Source: Lysobacterales bacterium
GTDB taxonomy: Bacteria > Pseudomonadota > Gammaproteobacteria > Xanthomonadales > SZUA-5
NCBI GenBank assembly: GCA_022844165.1
Contig: JALHMH010000020.1
Location: 18,136 to 82,135, forward strand
DNA: 64,000 bases
Reading direction: 5' to 3'
Part shown: one piece after another, positions 61,490 to 64,000 of the stretch
Position numbering within the stretch: the first letter of the stretch is position 1
Layout: each line of letters begins with the position of its first letter
Notes under the pieces: model-generated
What the model was told of the DNA's origin: nothing
Seen by the model: the letters and a program-made list of their open reading frames with translations, nothing else
The model's database searches: none
Program-made: the position numbers and the translations under genes

Positions 61490-62473
61490 TTGCACGCCAA
61501 AGCGCTTCCAGCCATTGCGCGCGCCCGACTTCTTGAGCAACTTTTCGTCCTCGAAAACGCAGGCGTGCCTGCATTGCAGGCTTTTACGCAACTGTATTTC
61601 CCGCCCGCTTTCCAGACGCGAGTCAAAATGGCGAAGACGGCGCTGGCCAAGGGTCAACCACTGGCGACCGCCGCAGGACAGGCCGGGCTGCTCACTGCTT
61701 TCGAACGCCGGGTTATTGCCGCCGCGAGCAGCGCCGGCAGTCCTGTGGCAGCGTACCAATCGCTTGCTGTGCGCGCGCGTCGCGAACATGCCCGTGGTTC
61801 TGTATTGATCATCCGACTGCTCATGCCACTGGCCCTGCTCGGCGCTGTGCTGCTCATCCTGCCGTTACCAGGCGTATTTTCGGGAACGCTGTCAGTCGCC
61901 CAATACCTGAGCCAAAACATCAGCGTGCTGGGAGTGATCGGCATGATGATCTATCTGCTGATGCACTTGAATCGGGTTGCCATGATGAAAGAAGCCGGTT
62001 CCTGGCTGCCCTTGGATGCCTTTGTTTTGCGGATCCCCTGGCTTGGCCGGCTCATCCGCCGCGACTCGTTGCAGCAGTTTGCCGATACGCTGAGCCTGAT
62101 GCTGGCTGCCGGCATCCCAATGCAGAGCGCGTTGCCCGATGCCGCACAAACCGTGCGCTGGTCAAGTGTGCGCGCAGTACTGTTGCGTTGGCAATCGCAG
62201 CTTCTCAGTGGCTCAACGCTACAAAACGCGGCGGCAATGTATCCTGTCGAGGACGGCGAAGCATTGTTGGCAGCTATTGCTGCTGGCGAAGGCGCTGGCG
62301 ACCTGGCCAGAAGCCTCGCGCACTTCGCGGCGCTGACTGCATCGGAGGTCGAGTCGGACAAACAGCTCTTGTCGGACTGGATTCCACGCGTTGTCTACCT
62401 GCTGATCGTACTGGCCGCGGCTTACGCTATCGTCGGTGGTGTCGGCGTGTTGATATCGCGAGATGCCGGATAG
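61490..62473 (+). CDS. Type II secretion/pilus F-family (GspF/PilC-like) membrane protein
   Basis: Two repeats (LENAGVP; MLAAGIP...AGEGAGDL); LRIPWLGRL. Confidence 0.8.
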   Translation: MHAKALPAIARARLLEQLFVLENAGVPALQAFTQLYFPPAFQTRVKMAKTALAKGQPLATAAGQAGLLTAFERRVIAAASSAGSPVAAYQSLAVRARREHARGSVLIIRLLMPLALLGAVLLILPLPGVFSGTLSVAQYLSQNISVLGVIGMMIYLLMHLNRVAMMKEAGSWLPLDAFVLRIPWLGRLIRRDSLQQFADTLSLMLAAGIPMQSALPDAAQTVRWSSVRAVLLRWQSQLLSGSTLQNAAAMYPVEDGEALLAAIAAGEGAGDLARSLAHFAALTASEVESDKQLLSDWIPRVVYLLIVLAAAYAIVGGVGVLISRDAG

Positions 62474-62534
62474 CGGACTTTACTCGCTCAACGATGTTCG
62501 GCGAGATTTGAGACTCCCGGAACAGCACGTTGCC

Positions 62535-63686
62535 ATGCGCAAGATAGTCCACGTCGACATGGACGTCTTTTATGCCTCAGTCGAGCAGCGCGACGATCCG
62601 ACGCTGCGCGGGAGGCCGGTTGTCGTCGCATGGCGTGGGGCGCGAAGCGTCGTATGTGCGGCAAGTTATGAGGCGCGTCGTTATGGCATCCGGTCGGCAA
62701 TGCCGGCGCTGCGCGCTGAGCGGCTGTGCCCCGAGGCGGTCTTTGTACCGCCAGATTTTGCGCGCTACCGCAGTGTATCGGAACACGTTCGCGGCATCTT
62801 CGCCCGACACACTAAGCTCATTGAGCCGCTGTCTTTGGACGAGGCGTACCTCGATGTAACGCAAAACCGGCAAGGCTTGCCGAGTGCCACAGACGTTGCG
62901 CGCTCAATACGCGCATCCATTCGGGAGGAGTTATCGCTTACTGCCTCCGCAGGCATCGCGTACAACAAGTTCCTTGCCAAGATTGCATCAGACTGGCGCA
63001 AACCCGACGGCTTATTTGTGATTCGGCCAGAACGCGCACTGGATTTTCTAACGCCCTTGCCTGTCGCACGATTGCCGGGCGTCGGCAAAGTGATGGAGCA
63101 AAAACTCGCGGCCCTGGGGCTGACAACAATCGGCGAGTTGCGCAACACGGGACGTGAAGATCTGATCCATCACTTCGGTCGCTCGGGTGCGCGTCTGAAC
63201 GAACTAGCCAATGGCATTGACCTGCAACCGGTTTGCTCCGAGCGACTCACACAGTCCATTTCGAGTGAAGACACTTTCGAACGTGATCTTTCGATGGGTG
63301 AGCTATTGCCCAAGATCGCCGAACTGACCGAACGCGTGTGGCAGCTAGCAGCACGGGAAAGTCGGATCGCGCGAACGATAGTGTTGAAACTGAAGACCTC
63401 GACTTTTCGCGTGCTTACCCGCAGTGAAACCCCAAGCCACTTCCCGACAAGCGCCGACGAACTGGAACAGATCGCCGTGGCGCTAACAACACGAGTCGAC
63501 CTGCCGGCCGATACTCGATTTCGGCTGGTTGGCGTTGGAATCAGTGGTTTTGTCGAACGCAGCTGGGAAAAACAACGCGAACTGGATCTAGGGAGTCTCG
63601 CAACGCATCGCCAACCCTCGCAGGGAGACGAGTCGGGAGACTCTTTGGGAGCGACGACATCGAGGTCTTGGATCACCGACGTCTAG
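62535..63686 (+). CDS. dinB: DNA polymerase IV
   Basis: HVDMDVFYASVE, SYEAR, SLDEAYLD and KIASDWRKPDG motifs. Confidence 0.95.
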   Translation: MRKIVHVDMDVFYASVEQRDDPTLRGRPVVVAWRGARSVVCAASYEARRYGIRSAMPALRAERLCPEAVFVPPDFARYRSVSEHVRGIFARHTKLIEPLSLDEAYLDVTQNRQGLPSATDVARSIRASIREELSLTASAGIAYNKFLAKIASDWRKPDGLFVIRPERALDFLTPLPVARLPGVGKVMEQKLAALGLTTIGELRNTGREDLIHHFGRSGARLNELANGIDLQPVCSERLTQSISSEDTFERDLSMGELLPKIAELTERVWQLAARESRIARTIVLKLKTSTFRVLTRSETPSHFPTSADELEQIAVALTTRVDLPADTRFRLVGVGISGFVERSWEKQRELDLGSLATHRQPSQGDESGDSLGATTSRSWITDV

Positions 63687-63877
63687 TGCGCTCGACTCGC
63701 TGCTGCCGGTATCGTTGAGCCGCTGACCAACGACATATCACGCGTTGCATCAGCAGTGCCACAAACCCGCGAGTGCACACCGACAGCCTGATCGACGGCT
63801 GACTGGATGTCCGGATGTCTGTCCGGATGTCCGGCTCAAGGTTCTTTTCCTTTCCAGGAGCAGTCCTCCTCTGGCCC

Positions 63878-63912
63878 AAACGCACAACGCCCAGCGGTGC
63901 TGGGCGTTGTGT
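63878..63912 (-). terminator. rRNA operon terminator
   Basis: CACAACGCCCAGC-GGT-GCTGGGCGTTGTG, 13-bp stem immediately 3' of the 5S gene. Confidence 0.8.
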
Positions 63913-63922
63913 TTCAAAAAGG

Positions 63923-64000
63923 TGCTTGGCGATGACCTACTCTCGCGTGCGAAGTTGCACACTACCATTGGCGCTGGCGCGTTTCACTGCCGAGTTCGGG
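63923..64000 (-). rRNA. rrf: 5S rRNA, 3' portion (5' part outside window)
   Basis: Reverse complement CCCGAACTCGGCAGTGAAACGCGCCAGCGCCAATGGTAGTGTG...GCGAGAGTAGGTCATCGCCAAGCA matches conserved 5S motifs. Confidence 0.92.

Noticed and set aside
62474-62534. LexA/SOS box upstream of dinB
   Set aside because: No CTGT-N8-ACAG or Xanthomonas-type TTAG-N6-TACTA match visible.

Overview
GC-rich gammaproteobacterial chromosome segment; gene content and protein style suggest Xanthomonadales/Lysobacterales (inference). Positions 1-4860 are the right end of a phage-satellite-like integrated element (SF3-like ATPase, primase Zn-finger, excisionase, tyrosine integrase) ending in a duplicated 3' half of tRNA-Pro(CGG). 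Most of the rest is core genome: signalling genes (ECF sigma, OmpR-type regulator, FHA protein, Ser/Thr kinase, GGDEF-EAL), sspAB, a TonB receptor, lon, clpX, rimO, htpG, galU, gcdH, rpoH, fadH, prfC, glmS, xth, a pyroglutamate cluster, cbs, rimK, hflKC, dinB, and the 3' part of a 5S rRNA at the right edge. The most notable feature is central (31843-33107): a retron-type reverse transcriptase preceded by an unannotated ~160-nt msr-msd-like ncRNA. The ncRNA has a1/a2 inverted repeats, a candidate branching G, stem-loops and its own candidate promoter. No effector gene is adjacent, and the unit sits between a two-component system and tRNA-fMet. Other items worth a look are a small secreted Cys/Trp peptide paired with a Fic enzyme, a vWA/metallopeptidase-radical SAM-CoA-ligase operon, a possibly phosphorylation-controlled ECF sigma, and an orphan CapV-like patatin. 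All calls come from reading motifs by eye; no database searches were run.
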